Positions 61,176 through 64,000 of a stretch of DNA of 64,000 bases are shown here, piece by piece. The DNA is taken from assembly GCF_009914755.1 (NCBI RefSeq), contig NC_060931.1. The stretch is one strand, 5' to 3'. This DNA is from the human T2T-CHM13v2.0 reference genome, Homo sapiens. The position numbers and the translations under genes were made by a program. Under the pieces are notes generated by a model. The model made no database searches, was not told the DNA's origin, and saw nothing but the letters and a program-made list of their open reading frames with translations. Every line of letters begins with the position of its first letter. The stretch's first letter is position 1.

Positions 61176-62946
61176 AAATCGACACGCTGATCTAAAATTC
61201 ACATGGAAATCCAAGGGAACCAGAATAGCCAAAATAATCTTGAAAAAAATGAATGAAGTTGAAAGACTCGTACCTCCTGATTTTAAAACTTACTATAAAG
61301 TTAAAGTTATCAAGACAGTGTGGTACTGGCATAAAAACAGACATATAGGTCAGTGGAACAGAATTAAGAGTCCAGAAACAAACCATGTGGTCAACTGATT
61401 TTTTACAAGGATGCTAAGACTATTTAATGGGACAGAAGACTGTAGTCTTTTCAACAAATGGTGCTGGGACAACTGGATAGCCACAAACAAAAGAATGAAA
61501 TTGGATTCTTACCACACACAATATACAAAAATTAATTCAAAGTGGATGAAACACCTAACTCAAAGAGCCTAAAACTATAATACTCTTAGAAGAAAACATA
61601 GGCATAAGTCTTTTTGAACTTGGTTAAAACATTTATGACACCAAAAGCACAAATGACAAAAGAAAAAAATGGATTAGATTTCATAAAAATTTAAAATTTT
61701 CAGCCAGGTGGTGGCTCATGCCTGTAATTCCAACACTTTCCGAGGCAGGGGGATCACTTGAGCCCAGGAGTTCAAGACAAGCCTGGGCAACATGGAGAAA
61801 CCTCATCTCTACAAAAAAATTTAAAAATTAGCTGGGTGTAGTGGTGTGTACCTGTAGTCCCAGGTACTCAGGAGGCTGAGGTGGGAGGATCAATTGAGCC
61901 CACGTGGTCAAGGCTGCAGTGAGCTATTATCATGCTGCTGCGCTCCAGCCTGGGTGACAGAGAGAGACCCTGTCTCAAAGAAAATACAAATTAAAAACTT
62001 TCGTACTTCAAAAGACACCATCAAGAAAGTGAAAAGGCAACCCAAGAATGCGAGAAAATATTTGCAAGTCATGTCTGATAAGGGAATTAAATGCATAAAC
62101 AACTTTTACAACTCAATAATAAAAAGACAAATAACTCAATTTAAAAATGGGCAAATAATCTGAATAGATATTTCTCAAAAGGAGATTTACAAGTGAACAA
62201 TAGCACATGAAAAGATGTTTGGCATCATTAGCCACCAGGGGAGTACAAATAGAAACCACAATGAGATACCACACTACCTAGCACTGGCTGGCATAGCTAT
62301 AATCAAAATGACAGATACTAACAAGTTTTGGCAAGGATGGAAAGAAATTGAAACACTCATAACCTGGTGGTGGGAATGTAAAATGGAAAACAGTCTGGCA
62401 GTTCCTCAGAAGGCTAAACATAGTTATCCAGCACCTCTTATCGTAGGTATATACCCAAGAGAAATGAAAATATGTGTCTAAACAAAAACTTGTACATGAA
62501 TATTCTTAGCAGCATTGTGAAAGTGGAAAGAACTCCAATGTATACCAACTGATGAATGGATAATTAAAATGTGGTATATCCATGTAATGGAATATTATTT
62601 GGCAATAAAAACAAATGAAGTACTGATACATACTACAACATGAAAACCATATGCTAAGTGAAAGAAGCCACTCACAAAGGACAACTTATTGTATGATTCC
62701 ATTTATATGAAATGCCCAGAATAAGGCAAGCCATAGAGACATAGAGCTGGTGGTGGGGAGCAGGCAGAGAGGAAATGGGGAATCAATGCTAAGGTTTCTT
62801 TTTTGTGGTGATGAAAATGTTCAAAATTGATTATGTTGATGGTTACACAGCCCTGCTTATACACTAAGAACCCCACGGAATTGAATACTTTAAATGGATA
62901 AATTATATCATATTTGAATCGTATCTTAATAAAGCTGCTACAAAAA
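61176..62946 (+). mobile_element. L1MB-type 3' fragment (ORF2 end and 3'UTR), interrupted by an Alu
   Basis: ctaaaattcacatgg..., tttcaacaaatggtgctggg, and 3' end tcttAATAAAgctg (PAS at 62928-62933). Confidence 0.88.
61702..61988 (+). mobile_element. AluJ in L1MB
   Basis: Alu dimer with J-type gagccc/ggtcaaggctgcag motifs. Confidence 0.92.
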
Positions 62947-63388
62947 TTTTTTAAATTGCTGTTATGTTTATATAGAATAAGTCCCATAAAAATGTTCTGA
63001 AGACATTTTTCTGTGTAGAATATTAAGCCAATACTAGTGACAGCAGGCTGATGCCAAAATATTCATATATATTAAACTAGAATGCTGGAGAAAGCTTAAG
63101 GAAAAAGGTACATTAAACAGAGTAGAATTGAAAACTACCTCTTCTCTCTGGTTTCACATAAAGTTTCTATCCTCAGCATGCTGTATGAATTATAAGAAAT
63201 CAGAAGTAAAGAGTAGAAATGCTATTCCATGTGGTTTGGGGTGAAGAAAATAAACTTTTGCATCAAACACGTGTTCAAATACTAACTCAGTTTATTGTGG
63301 GGCAATAAATGACAAAGTTATTTACCTAATGGTAGGGCAATGGTTGAGGAAAACTGTTGAACTGTTTCCCATACATAGTCTGGGGATA

Positions 63389-63925
63389 TGTGGGTATTTT
63401 GTTTGTATGTTTTTTGTCTGGCTAGTGTCCTTTTATCCTTCTTTTGGTACCAGAATCTAGAAATATCCTTGGGAGAAACATCTTTCTCCTTCTGTCAGTT
63501 CCTGTACTTTGGTGAACTTGAATTCCTTCCTGCTTTTCCATGTAGGTGCCTGTAGCCTGGATGATCAGCGCATTCCGAGGTTTAGGGATGGGGCCAAATC
63601 AAATGTAGCCAGTAGGATTAATCTTATGGCCTTTGTTTGATTGTGAAAGTGGACTTCCCTCTGCTGCTGTGGGTGAGCTCGAATCTGACAGGACAAATGT
63701 CTGGAGTTCTCGGACTTCCTGCCCAACTCATGAAGTCTGAGCGTGTGGCCAGTGCTGTTGTGAGAGAGCGGAAACATGCAAAGGTCCTGGGTCCTAGGGA
63801 CATCATTATGGCCCTTGTTAAAGGCACAACAGCATGAGCCCTGGACTTTCAGTTATAAGCCGAGACTTTTGCTTTCAAGCTTAAATAAGTATTGGAAATT
63901 ACCTGTACCCAAATGAATCCAAAGG
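63389..63925 (+). mobile_element. Old ERVL LTR (LTR16-like)
   Basis: ccctggactttcagttataagcc...gcttaa 3' motif. Confidence 0.5.
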
Positions 63926-64000
63926 TAACATTACTTGCTGTTCCAGTTACTATGGCTTGTAGCAAATGGACCCAAAACTTCATGGTTTAACACAAGAACA

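Overview
Human (primate) genomic DNA. The left half holds coding exons 1-8 of NAMPT (nicotinamide phosphoribosyltransferase, also PBEF/visfatin) on the minus strand. All eight exons are mapped at GT-AG boundaries and join in frame to 1089 nt (363 codons); exons 9-11 lie beyond the left edge. A CpG-island promoter at ~29.6-31.1 kb carries extra splice donors, a latent acceptor in the 5'UTR and probable antisense transcription. The right half (~32-64 kb) is repeat-rich upstream intergenic DNA: Alus, a 5'-truncated young L1PA facing a 3'-truncated older L1PA, MaLR/ERV LTRs, hAT and Tc1/mariner fossils, and L2/MIR. It also holds a degraded processed LARP1B pseudogene fused directly to an L1MB 3' fragment. 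I see no new multi-gene system. The best candidates for something undescribed are (i) the LARP1B-L1MB chimeric retrocopy, whose junction looks like a fossil splice junction, (ii) a dual-acceptor cryptic exon in NAMPT intron 3 (poison/terminal exon or in-frame 12-aa insert) inside an E-box/GAS/kB motif cluster, and (iii) a composite IRF/GAS element in intron 1. Repeat subfamily names are from memory of the consensus sequences, and boundaries of old repeats are approximate.
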